Shown here piece after piece: positions 39,811 to 49,699 of a DNA stretch of 64,000 nt. How positions within the stretch are numbered: the first letter of the stretch is position 1; the number at the start of each line of letters is the position of its first letter. The notes under the pieces were generated by a model that saw nothing but the letters and a program-made list of their open reading frames with translations, did not search any database and was not told the DNA's origin. A program made the translations under genes and the position numbers. The stretch is from an uncultured Chloroflexia bacterium. Its GTDB lineage: Bacteria > Chloroflexota > Limnocylindria > QHBO01. The stretch lies in the NCBI GenBank assembly GCA_963699235.1, contig OY969424.1, forward strand, positions 887,898 to 951,897, written 5' to 3'.

Positions 39811-40995
39811 GTGAGCGACGTTCTCATCCTGTCCGCCGCCCGGACGCCCATCGGCAAGTTCGGCGGCGGACTTTCCACGGTTCCGGCCACGGACCTTGGG
39901 GCGGTCGCCATCCGGGCGGCCGTTGAGCGCTCCGGGGTGGACCCGGCATCTGTCGACGAGGTCTTTATGGGCCAGGTCATCCAGGCCGGCGCCGGCCAGG
40001 CGCCCGCCCGCCAGGCGGCCCGAAAGGCCGGGCTGCCGGACGGGGTCAGCGCGACGACCATCAACAAGGTCTGCGGCTCTGGCCTGAAGGCCGTGATGCT
40101 GGGGGCGGCGTCCATCCGTGCGGGCGACGCGGACGTGATCGTGGCCGGCGGGATGGAGAACATGAACCTGGGGCCGTACCTCCTCCCCGGCGCGCGGGCC
40201 GGCTATCGGCTCGGCAACCAGGAGCTGGTGGACGCCACCGTGTTCGACGGCCTGTGGTGCTCCGCCTGCGACGTCCACATGGGCATGCACGCTGAGCGCG
40301 TCGCCGCCAAGCACAACGTCAGCCGCGAGGCGCAGGACGCGTTCGCACTTCGGTCCCACGAGCGGGCGCTGGCCGCCCAGGCATCGGGCGCCTTCGCGGA
40401 CGAGATCGTCCCGGTCGAGGTGCCCGGCAAGAAAGGCCCGACGGTGGTGGACACCGATGAAGGCCCACGGGCCGACACCTCCGCCGAGGCACTGGCCAAG
40501 CTGAAGCCCGCCTTCCAGACCGAAGGCGACGGCACCGTAACCGCCGGCAACGCTCCGGGCATCACCGATGGCGCCGCAGCCCTGGTCCTCGCCTCGTCCG
40601 AGGCCGTGGAGCGCGACGGGCTGACGCCGATGGCCCGCATCACCGGCTATGCCCAGGCCGACGTCGCCCCCGAGTGGCTGTTCGAGGCTCCGATCGAGGG
40701 CGTCCAGCGGCTGGTGGACAAGGTCGGCATCCCGCTGGCCGACTTCGACCTGATCGAGATCAACGAGGCCTTCGCGGCCCAGGTCCTGGCCGACGGCAAC
40801 GCCCTGGGTTTCGACTGGGACAAGGTCAACGTCAACGGGGGAGCAGTGGCACTCGGCCACCCCATTGGCGCATCCGGCGCCCGCGTCCTGACCACCCTCC
40901 TGTACGCCCTCCGACACCGTGGCGGAGCGCGCGGCCTCGCGACGCTGTGCCTCGGCGGCGGGGGAGCGGTGGCCCTCGCGGTGGAGCTGACCTAG
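39811..40995 (+). CDS. Acetyl-CoA acetyltransferase (thiolase)
   Basis: [33 protein letters not shown]. Confidence 0.93.
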   Translation: MSDVLILSAARTPIGKFGGGLSTVPATDLGAVAIRAAVERSGVDPASVDEVFMGQVIQAGAGQAPARQAARKAGLPDGVSATTINKVCGSGLKAVMLGAASIRAGDADVIVAGGMENMNLGPYLLPGARAGYRLGNQELVDATVFDGLWCSACDVHMGMHAERVAAKHNVSREAQDAFALRSHERALAAQASGAFADEIVPVEVPGKKGPTVVDTDEGPRADTSAEALAKLKPAFQTEGDGTVTAGNAPGITDGAAALVLASSEAVERDGLTPMARITGYAQADVAPEWLFEAPIEGVQRLVDKVGIPLADFDLIEINEAFAAQVLADGNALGFDWDKVNVNGGAVALGHPIGASGARVLTTLLYALRHRGGARGLATLCLGGGGAVALAVELT

Positions 40996-41124
40996 GCCCA
41001 TCCGGGGTGTGGGCTAATCGCCGAGCCGCCCGTATAATCGGCGCGCCTTTTCGCTGGGCGCCCGTCGGGCACGCGCCGCCCGCCTGTCATTCGTTCTGAT
41101 TGCCAAGGAGAGCATCCGCCCCCC

Positions 41125-42393
41125 ATGACCGAACAGCAGTCCGTCGCCGAAGCCCCGAACATCTGGGCCGTCGCCCAGCAGCAGTTCGACCAGGCCGCCG
41201 ACAAGCTCGACCTCGACGCCGGTCTTCGCAACGTCCTCCGCGTGCCCAAGCGCGAGCTGACCGTCCACTTCCCGGTGACCATGGACGACGGGCACGTCGA
41301 GGTCTTCACCGGGTACCGGGTCCAGCACAACCTCTCGCGCGGACCGGCCAAGGGCGGCATCCGCTACCACCAGGACGTGACCCTGGACGAGGTCCGGGCC
41401 CTGGCGATGTGGATGACATGGAAGTGCTCGGTCGTGAACATCCCGTACGGCGGCGGCAAGGGCGGGGTCATCGTCGATCCCAAGCTGCTCTCCAACCGCG
41501 AGCTGGAGGGCCTGACCCGTCGGTTCGCCACGGAGATCAGCCCGCTCATCGGTCCGGACCGCGACATCCCCGCGCCGGACGTGAACACCAACGCCCAGAC
41601 CATGGCCTGGATCATGGACACCTACTCGATGCACAACGGGTACACCATCTCGGGCGTGGTGACTGGCAAGCCGATCGCGGTCGGCGGCTCGCTGGGCCGA
41701 AACGAGGCCACCGCCCGGGGCACGATCTTCACGCTGCTGCAGGCGTCGAAGGTCCTCGACCTGCCGCTCCAGGGCGCTAAGGTCGTCATCCAGGGCTACG
41801 GAAACGCCGGGTCCATCGCCTGCCAGCTGGCATGCGCGGAGGGAGCCACGGTCGTCGCGGTCAGCGACTCGACCGGTGGCATCTACAACCCGAGCGGCCT
41901 CGACCCGACCAACCTGAGCTCCTGGAAGCAGGAGCACGGCACCGTCGTCGGCTTCCCCGGCACGGACACGGTCGGCACCGATGAGCTCTTGACCCTGCCG
42001 TGCGACATCCTCATCCCGGCCGCGCTCGAGAACCAGATCACCGGCTCGATTGCGGAGCGGATCCAGGCCAAGGTCGTGGCCGAGGCCGCCAACGGTCCGA
42101 CCACGCCCGAGGCGGACGACGTCCTCTACGACCGCGGCATCTTCCTGATCCCGGACATCCTGTGCAATGCGGGCGGGGTCACGGTGAGCTACTTCGAGTG
42201 GGTCCAGGACATGCAGTCGTTCTTCTGGACCGAGTCGCGGATCAACGAGAGCCTGAAGGAGATCATGGATCGCGCCTTCGAGGCCGTGCACCAGATGAGC
42301 GACCTGCACGAGGTGAACATGCGGACCGCGGCCTACATGGTCGCCGTGGCGCGCGTCGCCGAGGCGACGACGCTCCGGGGTCTCTACCCATAG
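41125..42393 (+). CDS. gdh: Glutamate (Glu/Leu/Phe/Val) dehydrogenase, catalytically intact
   Basis: GPAKGGIRY, MTWK, GGGKGG, PAPDV, QGYGNAG, EAANGP, SYFEW; TATAAT at 41033. Confidence 0.93.
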   Translation: MTEQQSVAEAPNIWAVAQQQFDQAADKLDLDAGLRNVLRVPKRELTVHFPVTMDDGHVEVFTGYRVQHNLSRGPAKGGIRYHQDVTLDEVRALAMWMTWKCSVVNIPYGGGKGGVIVDPKLLSNRELEGLTRRFATEISPLIGPDRDIPAPDVNTNAQTMAWIMDTYSMHNGYTISGVVTGKPIAVGGSLGRNEATARGTIFTLLQASKVLDLPLQGAKVVIQGYGNAGSIACQLACAEGATVVAVSDSTGGIYNPSGLDPTNLSSWKQEHGTVVGFPGTDTVGTDELLTLPCDILIPAALENQITGSIAERIQAKVVAEAANGPTTPEADDVLYDRGIFLIPDILCNAGGVTVSYFEWVQDMQSFFWTESRINESLKEIMDRAFEAVHQMSDLHEVNMRTAAYMVAVARVAEATTLRGLYP

Positions 42394-42398
42394 AGCCC

Positions 42399-43028
42399 AT
42401 GCTCGACCACGAAGAGCGGTTCCTCTTCCGTGAGGAGATCCTCACCCTGGGCACGGCGTTGTCCGAGCCGGGGCAGCTGGACAACGTCGAGGACCTGCTG
42501 GCGGACGTGACCACCAGCCCGCGGTTCGACGCGGACGTCTTCACCCTGGAGCGATCGCTCCAGGTCATGCTCGGCAACCGCCCCGGGTCCACCCTCATCG
42601 GTCTGCTGACGGTCACCCGCGAGGTGTTCGAGGAGGTCGGCCAGATCGGGCTGCCGCCGGAGATCCTGGAACGGATCGTCGGCTGGCGAGCGCGCTTCGG
42701 GCTGGCGATCGACAACGCCCTGAACTTCCTGAACAACCCCGACGGCATCCAGGGCCACAACCTCGGGACCCAGGTCATCCATGGCGACGGCGGCTCGACC
42801 CTCCAGGGCCGGCTGACCCTGGTCCGCTACAACAACGAGCCCCAGTTCTTCATCGCCGACGCGGACATCCTGCTCCACATCGCGGCCGATCTCATGGAGC
42901 AGCTCGGCGAGCATCTCGAGCCGGAGATGGTGGACACGGAGCTCGTGGCGCGGCTGCGCGAGGCGGTCGAGCGGATCGAGCGCCGAGCCGGCGCCCCGGC
43001 CCCGCCGAGCCCCATGACCGAGGACTGA
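42399..43028 (+). CDS. Hypothetical protein
   Basis: Long ORF with host codon usage between gdh and the HhH gene; no recognised motif. Confidence 0.7.
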   Translation: MLDHEERFLFREEILTLGTALSEPGQLDNVEDLLADVTTSPRFDADVFTLERSLQVMLGNRPGSTLIGLLTVTREVFEEVGQIGLPPEILERIVGWRARFGLAIDNALNFLNNPDGIQGHNLGTQVIHGDGGSTLQGRLTLVRYNNEPQFFIADADILLHIAADLMEQLGEHLEPEMVDTELVARLREAVERIERRAGAPAPPSPMTED

Positions 43029-43031
43029 CCG

Positions 43032-43622
43032 ATGGCCACCGCCGCCGCGCCGATCCTGCCGTTCACCGACAACCCCGAGGCGAACAAGCTCCTCGGCGCG
43101 GAACCGCTGGCCCTGCTCATCGGCTACGCCCTGGATCAGCAGGTCACCGTCCAGCATGCGTTCAGCGGACCGTGGGAGCTGCGACGACGGATCGGCCACC
43201 TCGACCCCATCCGAATCGCGACCATGGACCCGGACGACCTGGAGCGCGTCTTCCGCGACCGGCCGGCCCTCCACCGCTACCCGGCGGCGATGGCACGGCG
43301 CGTCGGTGACCTGTGCCGGATCGTGGTCGACACCTACGACGGAGACGCGAGCCGGATCTGGACCGAGGCTCGCGACGGCGCCGACCTCCGCGCACGGCTG
43401 CTGGCCCTCCCGTCCATCGGCGAGATGAAGGTCTCGGGCCTTCTATCCATCCTGTACCGGCGCTTCGGCCTGCGCCTGCCGGGACTCGAGGAGGAGCTGC
43501 CGACCTGGCCCACGCTCGGTGACGTGGACAGCCCCGAGGCCCTCGAGGCGTACCAGGCGACGAAGCGAGCGTACAAGGCCTCACTCCGGGCGGCCGAGGC
43601 GGCCAAGGGCACCCGGGCATAG
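43032..43622 (+). CDS. HhH-GPD-like base-excision repair family protein
   Basis: LALLIGYALDQQV, AFSGP, LHRYPAAMA, YDGDASRIW, DV..PEAL. Confidence 0.8.
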   Translation: MATAAAPILPFTDNPEANKLLGAEPLALLIGYALDQQVTVQHAFSGPWELRRRIGHLDPIRIATMDPDDLERVFRDRPALHRYPAAMARRVGDLCRIVVDTYDGDASRIWTEARDGADLRARLLALPSIGEMKVSGLLSILYRRFGLRLPGLEEELPTWPTLGDVDSPEALEAYQATKRAYKASLRAAEAAKGTRA

Positions 43623-43700
43623 AGAAAGGAGGCCGGACGTGGGCACTCGCCGGCCTCCCCAGCCATCCTACCCATCGGGTAGGCGCGGTCAGTAGTACTT

Positions 43701-44510
43701 TCAGCCCAGCTGGACGCTGTCCGTGAGACGGGTCCGACCGATCCACACCGCGGCCATCGCGAGGGCCGGTCGATCGAGCCGCGAGAGCTCCGCCAGGGAC
43801 TCGTTGTCGGCCACGCTGAGGTAGTCGATCCGGGCCAGCGACTCGGCACTGATCCGCTCCGTCATCCGGGCCCGCAGCACCTCGGCCGACCGCTCCCCGC
43901 CGTCGTAGGCCGTCTCCGCGGCCGCGATGGCGGCGAAGAGACAGGTCGCTGCGTGGCGCTCCTCGATCGACAGCCCGCGATTGGCGGCCGAGACCGCCAG
44001 GCCGTCCGGGTCGCGCACGACGGGGCACACGACCAGCTCCACGTTGGCGAAGAGGTCGGCCAGCATGCGGCGGATGACGACGACCCGCTGGGCGTCCTTC
44101 TGGCCCAGGTAGAGGTGGGCCGGCCCGACCAGGTGGAGGAGCTTCATCGTGGTCGTCGCGACCTCGTCCAGGTAGCCGGGCCGCGAGGCACCCTCCAGCC
44201 GTCCGGTCAGGCCGTCCACGGTGATCCGGGTGACATGCGGCGGATCCACCGTGCCGTGGCCCGGCAGGAACGCGACGTCCACCCCCGCCTGCTCGAGCAG
44301 GACGAGGAGCCGTTCCTCCTCGGCGGCTCCACCCGGATCGGCCTGGTTGCTGACCACCACCCCGCCATCGGCCTGGCGCGCCCGTTCGACGAGTGACAGC
44401 TGGCCGGAGTGGACGAGCCCGGTGGTGGGCACGAAGCCGATGCCGTGGCCGGCTCGGCGGAGTTCGAGGATCGCTTCCCGCAGCTCGTCCACGCCGCGGA
44501 CGACCTCCAC
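43701..44510 (-). CDS. panC: Pantoate--beta-alanine ligase homologue with degenerate active site
   Basis: GFVPT, LEGASRPG, GQKDAQ, VRDPDGLAVS, IGRTRLTD; located downstream of coaBC. Confidence 0.75.
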   Translation of the reverse strand: MEVVRGVDELREAILELRRAGHGIGFVPTTGLVHSGQLSLVERARQADGGVVVSNQADPGGAAEEERLLVLLEQAGVDVAFLPGHGTVDPPHVTRITVDGLTGRLEGASRPGYLDEVATTTMKLLHLVGPAHLYLGQKDAQRVVVIRRMLADLFANVELVVCPVVRDPDGLAVSAANRGLSIEERHAATCLFAAIAAAETAYDGGERSAEVLRARMTERISAESLARIDYLSVADNESLAELSRLDRPALAMAAVWIGRTRLTDSVQLG

Positions 44511-44512
44511 GC

Positions 44513-45820
44513 CTACGTGTCCTGCTGGCGGGTGCGGCGCGGCGCGCGCGAGCGGCCGGACCTCGAGGTGCGGGCCGGCTCGGACGGGGTGCCGCGGCTG
44601 GCGCGGTACCGATCGGCGATGAGGTCCCACAGGCGCTCGGCGACCTGCCGCTTGGGGAGCATCGGCCAGTCGGTCAGGGTGCCCTCGGCCCCGAACACCA
44701 CGACCTTGTTCTCCTCGGAGCCGATCGCGTCGAACGGCCCGCCCACCTTGTTGGCGACGATGAGGTCCAGCCCCTTGTCGCGCAGCTTTCCGGTGGCGTT
44801 GGCCTCGAGGTCGTCCGACTCGGCCGCGAAGCCGATGAGGAAGGGGCGGATGGTGTCGGGCATCTCGCCGACCTCGGCAATGATGTCCGGGTTGGGGACG
44901 AGCTCCAGGCGCAGGGCGTCTGAGCCGCGCTTGATCTTTCGCCCGCTCGCCTTGGCCGGGGCGTAGTCGGCGACGGCGGCGGCCATGACCAGGATGTCCG
45001 CCCCGGGGGCGATGCGGAGCACGGCCTCGCGCATGTCCGAGGCGGTCGTCGCGTCCACCACGTTCACGCCCCGCGGCGGGGTCACCGACATCGCGCCAGC
45101 GACGAGGGTTACCGCCGCGCCGCGATCGCGGGCGGCTTCCGCAAGGGCCACCCCCATCTTGCCGCTTGAGCGGTTGCCGATGAAGCGGACCGGGTCGATG
45201 GGCTCGCGGGTGCCGCCGGCGCTGATCGCGACCCGCAGGCCGTCGAGGTCGCCGGCACGGGCGAACAGCCGCTCGACGGCCGCGACCACCGTCTCCGGCT
45301 CTGCCAGGCGGCCGATCCCGGTGAGGCCGGACGCCAGGGCGCCGACCTCCGGATCCACGACGAGGTAGCCAAAGCCGCGAATCGTCTCGACGTTGCGCTG
45401 GGTCGCGGGGTGGGTCCACATCCCGGCGTCCATTGCGGGCGCGACGACCACCCGAGCCCGGCTGGCGGCGACGATGGCGGTCACCGCGTCGTCCACCAGG
45501 CCGGCGGCCAGCTCGCCGAGCAGGTTGGCCGTGGCCGGCGCGAGGACGATGGCGTCGGCCGCCTCCGCCAGCTCGATGTGGGCGATGTGCTGGTCCGGGT
45601 CAAGGGCCATGACGTCGGTGAGGACCGGTCGGTGGGTCAGGGATGCGAAGGTCAGCGGGGTGACGAAGGCCGTCGCGGCCGGGGTCATGGCCACGTCCAC
45701 GATGGCGCCGGCACTCATGAGCTGGCGGACGAGGACCGCGGCCTTGTAGGCGGCGATGCTGCCGCTGACGCCGACCACCACCCGGCGGCCGACAAGGGTG
45801 CCGTCCGTCGTCTCGGTCAC
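44513..45820 (-). CDS. coaBC: Phosphopantothenoylcysteine decarboxylase/ligase
   Basis: [46 protein letters not shown]. Confidence 0.95.
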   Translation of the reverse strand: MTETTDGTLVGRRVVVGVSGSIAAYKAAVLVRQLMSAGAIVDVAMTPAATAFVTPLTFASLTHRPVLTDVMALDPDQHIAHIELAEAADAIVLAPATANLLGELAAGLVDDAVTAIVAASRARVVVAPAMDAGMWTHPATQRNVETIRGFGYLVVDPEVGALASGLTGIGRLAEPETVVAAVERLFARAGDLDGLRVAISAGGTREPIDPVRFIGNRSSGKMGVALAEAARDRGAAVTLVAGAMSVTPPRGVNVVDATTASDMREAVLRIAPGADILVMAAAVADYAPAKASGRKIKRGSDALRLELVPNPDIIAEVGEMPDTIRPFLIGFAAESDDLEANATGKLRDKGLDLIVANKVGGPFDAIGSEENKVVVFGAEGTLTDWPMLPKRQVAERLWDLIADRYRASRGTPSEPARTSRSGRSRAPRRTRQQDT

Positions 45821-46629
45821 AGGCGGGCTTCGGTCCGGGCCGCGATCAGCTCGTAGGCATAGCGGACGCCGCGCAGGGTCAGCTCCGGCTCCACGCGGTC
45901 GATGCCGGGGACGTCGGCGAGCCACGGCTGGAGGGCGAAGCCCCCGGTCGCGATGACCGTGACCCGCGCGTCGTTCGGCGACCGCTCCACCAGCTCGCCC
46001 CTGATGGCGGCGAGCAGGCCGCTGAGCAGGCCGATGTACCCGTTCACGGTTCCACTCTGCATGGCCGCGATGGTATTGGAACCGATCGCCTCCGGTGGCC
46101 GGGTCAGCTCGATCCGTGGCAGCTTCGAGGTCCGCCCCACCAGGGCGTCAACCGAGATGCCCAGGCCCGGGGCGATGGCGCCGCCGATGTACGCGCCCTC
46201 CGCGCTGACCACGTCGAAGTTCGTGCTCGTGCCGAGGTCGATCACGATGGCCGGCCCGCCGAACTCCTCCCGCGCGGCAAGGGCGTTCGCCAGCCGGTCC
46301 GCGCCCGCTTCGGCCGGCCGGTCGATGTCGATGTCGAGAATGCCCTCGAGGGCCGCCGCGTCCACCACGACGGGGCGAACCCGAGCCCGGCGGGCGAGCA
46401 TCCGGGTCCACCGCGCGATGAGCGGCGGGACGACACAGGCGATTGCCGCCTCGTCGATGTCGTCCAGCCGGTGCCCGTCGAGGGCCAGGAGCCCGGTCAC
46501 CATCGCGGCGAGCTCGTCGTCGGTCGCCCGGGCATCGGTCTCGGCCGACCACGAGCCGACCATGACGTCGTCCTCGAAGAGGCCGATGCCGGTGTTCGAA
46601 TTGCCGATATCGGCGGCCAGGAGTCGCAT
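45817..46629 (-). CDS. coaX: Type III pantothenate kinase
   Basis: ADIGNSN, GADR, IDLGTST, GGAIAPG, ATGG, LTLRG. Confidence 0.93.
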   Translation of the reverse strand: MRLLAADIGNSNTGIGLFEDDVMVGSWSAETDARATDDELAAMVTGLLALDGHRLDDIDEAAIACVVPPLIARWTRMLARRARVRPVVVDAAALEGILDIDIDRPAEAGADRLANALAAREEFGGPAIVIDLGTSTNFDVVSAEGAYIGGAIAPGLGISVDALVGRTSKLPRIELTRPPEAIGSNTIAAMQSGTVNGYIGLLSGLLAAIRGELVERSPNDARVTVIATGGFALQPWLADVPGIDRVEPELTLRGVRYAYELIAARTEARL

Positions 46630-46704
46630 CCGCGAAGCATCGTAACAGCCAACGGGACCGATTCTGGCGGTGCTAGACTCCCCGGGATCCCGCAGGAGTG
46701 ACCG

Positions 46705-47175
46705 ATGGAGCCCACGCCCGAACCGCGCGCCAAGCTCTACATCAACACCGGTCTGGTCACCGACAAGAGTGACGTCTACAACATCCTTCGTCCGCTGCTC
46801 AAGCAGACGGTGACCTATACCTACTTCCGCGGAAACCAGGTTGCCAGCTACGGGACGGGCTGGGTCGAGCGCCTCGTCGTGGACCATCCCGAGATCGCGT
46901 CGTACTTCACGCCGCTCTCCATCTGCCTCAACCTGGACTCGTTCGACTACCTCCAGTTCGACACGACCTCCGACCAGCTCCTGACCTACACCCTGGTCAT
47001 CGGGTCCGAGAAGGTCGTGATCGAGTTCGCCCAGACCGCCACCGAGATCGGGATCGAGGACGAGGCTCCGATGCGCGCGCCGACCGCCGTGGACGAGATC
47101 GCGTTCGACCCCGACTTCATCCAGATGGAGCTCCTCAAGTCGCCCGACGCCCCCGACGAGGACGAGGACGGCTAG
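46705..47175 (+). CDS. Hypothetical protein with acidic tail
   Basis: AGGAG RBS, TAGACT -10 box, strong host codon bias. Confidence 0.75.
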   Translation: MEPTPEPRAKLYINTGLVTDKSDVYNILRPLLKQTVTYTYFRGNQVASYGTGWVERLVVDHPEIASYFTPLSICLNLDSFDYLQFDTTSDQLLTYTLVIGSEKVVIEFAQTATEIGIEDEAPMRAPTAVDEIAFDPDFIQMELLKSPDAPDEDEDG

Positions 47176-48463
47176 ACGGCGCGCTCGCGCCCACGAGCGC
47201 AGCACCCTTCCCAACGGCCTTCGCGTGGTGAGCCAGTCCATGCCCCACGCCCGATCGGTCTCCGTCGCGCTCTTCGTGGGCGTCGGCTCCCGCCACGAGG
47301 CGGACGGGGAGGCCGGCCTCTCGCACCTGGTCGAGCACCTCGCCTTCAAGGGAACGCGCGGCTACCCCGAGGCCGGCGCCCTGTCCGAGGCGATCGAGGC
47401 CTGCGGGGGGTCGGTGAATGCCTCGACCGACCGCGAGCTGACGGTGTACTCGGCCCGGGTCCCGAAGAGTCGCGCCGATCGGGCCTTCGAGGTCGTGGCC
47501 GAGCTGGTGCTCCACCCGCTCCTCCGACCCGCGGACCTCGTCGCCGAGAAGCCGGTCGTGGTGGACGAGATCCGGGCCTACGTTGACTCGCCGTCGGACC
47601 ACGTCTTCTCGCTGTTCGACGAGCTCCTCTTCGGGTCGCACCCGCTCGGCCGCGAGATCGCCGGCACGCCGCGTGGCGTGCGCCGCACGACCCATGGCGC
47701 GGTGGAACGGCACTGGGGCCGCTGGTACGCCGCCGAGCACATGGTGCTGGCCGTGGCCGGCGCGATCGACCACGCGACCGTCCGCCGGGCGGCGCGAACC
47801 TGGTTCTCACCGTCAGACCGGGCCACCCGGGCGCGCCGCCCGATGCGACTGACGAAACCCTCGGCCTCGGCGGCGGGCTCGGTCCGGGTTGGCTACCGGC
47901 GGCTGGCGCAGGGCAACCTGTGCCTCGGCATGCCGGGCGTGTCACGGACTCATCCCGACCGCTGGGCGCTCGACCTCCTGACCGCGGTCCTCGGTGACGG
48001 GATGAGCAGCCGGCTCTTCCTCGAGCTCCGCGAGAGGCGGTCGCTGGCGTACGACGTCGGCACCTTCGCGACCTCGTACGCCGACTGCGGAACGGTGGGC
48101 ATCCATGCCGGATTCGAGCCGACCCAGGCGACCGCCGTCATCCGCGCCGCGCTCGAGCAGCTCGAACGCGTCGTCCAGGAGCCGATCCCGGACGTCGAGA
48201 TCGAGCGGGCCAAGGCGTACACCCGCGGTCGGATCGAGCTGCGGCTCGAGGAGTCGAGCGCCGTGGCGGCGTGGCTCGGGACGGGGGAGAGCCTCCTGCC
48301 GCGGATCCTCACCGTGGACGAGGTCCTCGAGCAGTTCGAGGCGGTGACGGCCGAGGACATGCTCCGCGCCGCGCGCACCTACCTCCGGCCCAACCTCGCC
48401 CGAATCGCCATGCTGGGGCCGTTCCGCGGGCGCCGCCAGGTGGAGGCCTTGATCGCCGCATGA
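47168..48463 (+). CDS. M16 (pitrilysin) family peptidase; start uncertain
   Basis: TLPNGLRVV, GLSHLVEHLAFKGT (HXXEH), NAST, MSSRLFLELRERRSLAY. Confidence 0.88.
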   Translation, partial: TARRRARAHERSTLPNGLRVVSQSMPHARSVSVALFVGVGSRHEADGEAGLSHLVEHLAFKGTRGYPEAGALSEAIEACGGSVNASTDRELTVYSARVPKSRADRAFEVVAELVLHPLLRPADLVAEKPVVVDEIRAYVDSPSDHVFSLFDELLFGSHPLGREIAGTPRGVRRTTHGAVERHWGRWYAAEHMVLAVAGAIDHATVRRAARTWFSPSDRATRARRPMRLTKPSASAAGSVRVGYRRLAQGNLCLGMPGVSRTHPDRWALDLLTAVLGDGMSSRLFLELRERRSLAYDVGTFATSYADCGTVGIHAGFEPTQATAVIRAALEQLERVVQEPIPDVEIERAKAYTRGRIELRLEESSAVAAWLGTGESLLPRILTVDEVLEQFEAVTAEDMLRAARTYLRPNLARIAMLGPFRGRRQVEALIAA

Positions 48464-49161
48464 CCGTCGACAACGGGATCGACCTGGTCCCCGACCAGCT
48501 GGCCCTCGCCCGGGCCCAGATGGACGCGGCGCAGTACGGCATCGTCGAGGGCACGCTCCGCCGGCGCATCGCGACCCTCGAGGCCACCGGGCGCAACGCC
48601 GAGGAGCTGGACGCCGCCCGCGCCCTCCTGGCGGAGGCCCTGTGGCGCTCCGGACGCCCGGCTGCCGCGTACGACGTCGTCACCTCCGTCCGGGCACGGG
48701 GCGTCGAGCGGCGGCGGACGATCACGATGATGGTCGAGGCCGAGGGCCTGGCGGCGATCGGCGAGCAGCGACAGGCCGAGGGGCTTCAGGAACGGGTCGT
48801 CACCGCTGTCGGGGCCGACGAGGCGTGGCGCCTCAGACGGGGAGCGCCGAGCCGCCTGGAATGGCCGTCACCGTCGTGGGCCGGTCCCGGCTCGAGCCCG
48901 ACCGACGACTCTCCGGCCGAGGACCGCCTCGGCGCGGCGGCTGTGGCCTACGGGGCCGGAGACCTGGCCACCGGGGATCGGGAGCTGGCCCTCGCCCTCC
49001 GCCGGGACCCGCGCATCGCGGCCGCCGGCATCGCCCTCATCGAGCCCGATCTCGGTGCCCAGCCGAGCGCGGAGCGTCTGGTACTGTACGGCGACCTCCT
49101 CCGGGCCGCCGGTCGCGAGCACGACGCCGCCGCTGCCTACGATCGCGCCGCGCGCACCTGA
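48460..49161 (+). CDS. Hypothetical helical-repeat (TPR-like) protein
   Basis: ATGA-coupled; LLAEALWRSGR and LYGDLLRAAGR..AAAAY repeats. Confidence 0.6.
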   Translation: MTVDNGIDLVPDQLALARAQMDAAQYGIVEGTLRRRIATLEATGRNAEELDAARALLAEALWRSGRPAAAYDVVTSVRARGVERRRTITMMVEAEGLAAIGEQRQAEGLQERVVTAVGADEAWRLRRGAPSRLEWPSPSWAGPGSSPTDDSPAEDRLGAAAVAYGAGDLATGDRELALALRRDPRIAAAGIALIEPDLGAQPSAERLVLYGDLLRAAGREHDAAAAYDRAART

Positions 49162-49183
49162 TCCCCAGCCAGGAGACCTCGCC

Positions 49184-49651
49184 ATGGAGCGCACCCTCGT
49201 TCTCGTCAAACCCGACGGCGTCCAGCGCGGCCTGGTGGGCGAGATCGTGGGCCGGCTGGAGCGGAAGGGGCTCAAGGTCATCGGCCTTCGACTGCTGTGG
49301 GTTTCCCGCGAGCTCGCCGAGCACCACTACGCCGTCCATGCCGGCAAGCACTTCTACGCCGGCCTGGTCGAGTTCATCACATCGGGTCCGGTGGCCGCGG
49401 TCGCGGTGGCCGGTCCTGACGCGGTGGCCACCGTTCGACGGCTGGTGGGCAAGACGATGCCGAACGAGGCAGAGCCGGGCACGATCCGGGGCGACCTGGG
49501 GGTGAGCGGGCTGCGGAACCTGATCCACGCCTCGGACGCGGTGGACACCGCCGAGGCGGAGCTGGCCCTCTGGTTCGAGCCGGGGACGCTCGTGGACTAC
49601 GAGCGGGCGGTGGACGCCTGGATCGTCGCCGAGGAGCCACCGGCCGGCTGA
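49184..49651 (+). CDS. ndk: Nucleoside diphosphate kinase
   Basis: ERTLVLVKPDGVQRGL, PGTIRGD, NLIHASD. Confidence 0.95.
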   Translation: MERTLVLVKPDGVQRGLVGEIVGRLERKGLKVIGLRLLWVSRELAEHHYAVHAGKHFYAGLVEFITSGPVAAVAVAGPDAVATVRRLVGKTMPNEAEPGTIRGDLGVSGLRNLIHASDAVDTAEAELALWFEPGTLVDYERAVDAWIVAEEPPAG

Positions 49652-49699
49652 GGGAGCCCCGCCGACCACCCGTCCCGAGCCGAGGTCTCGTCCAGACCC

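Noticed and set aside
44513-45820. CoaC catalytic Cys replaced (LASG) in coaBC
   Set aside because: Cys-less variants of this motif occur in many bacterial CoaBC proteins, and the other motifs are intact.
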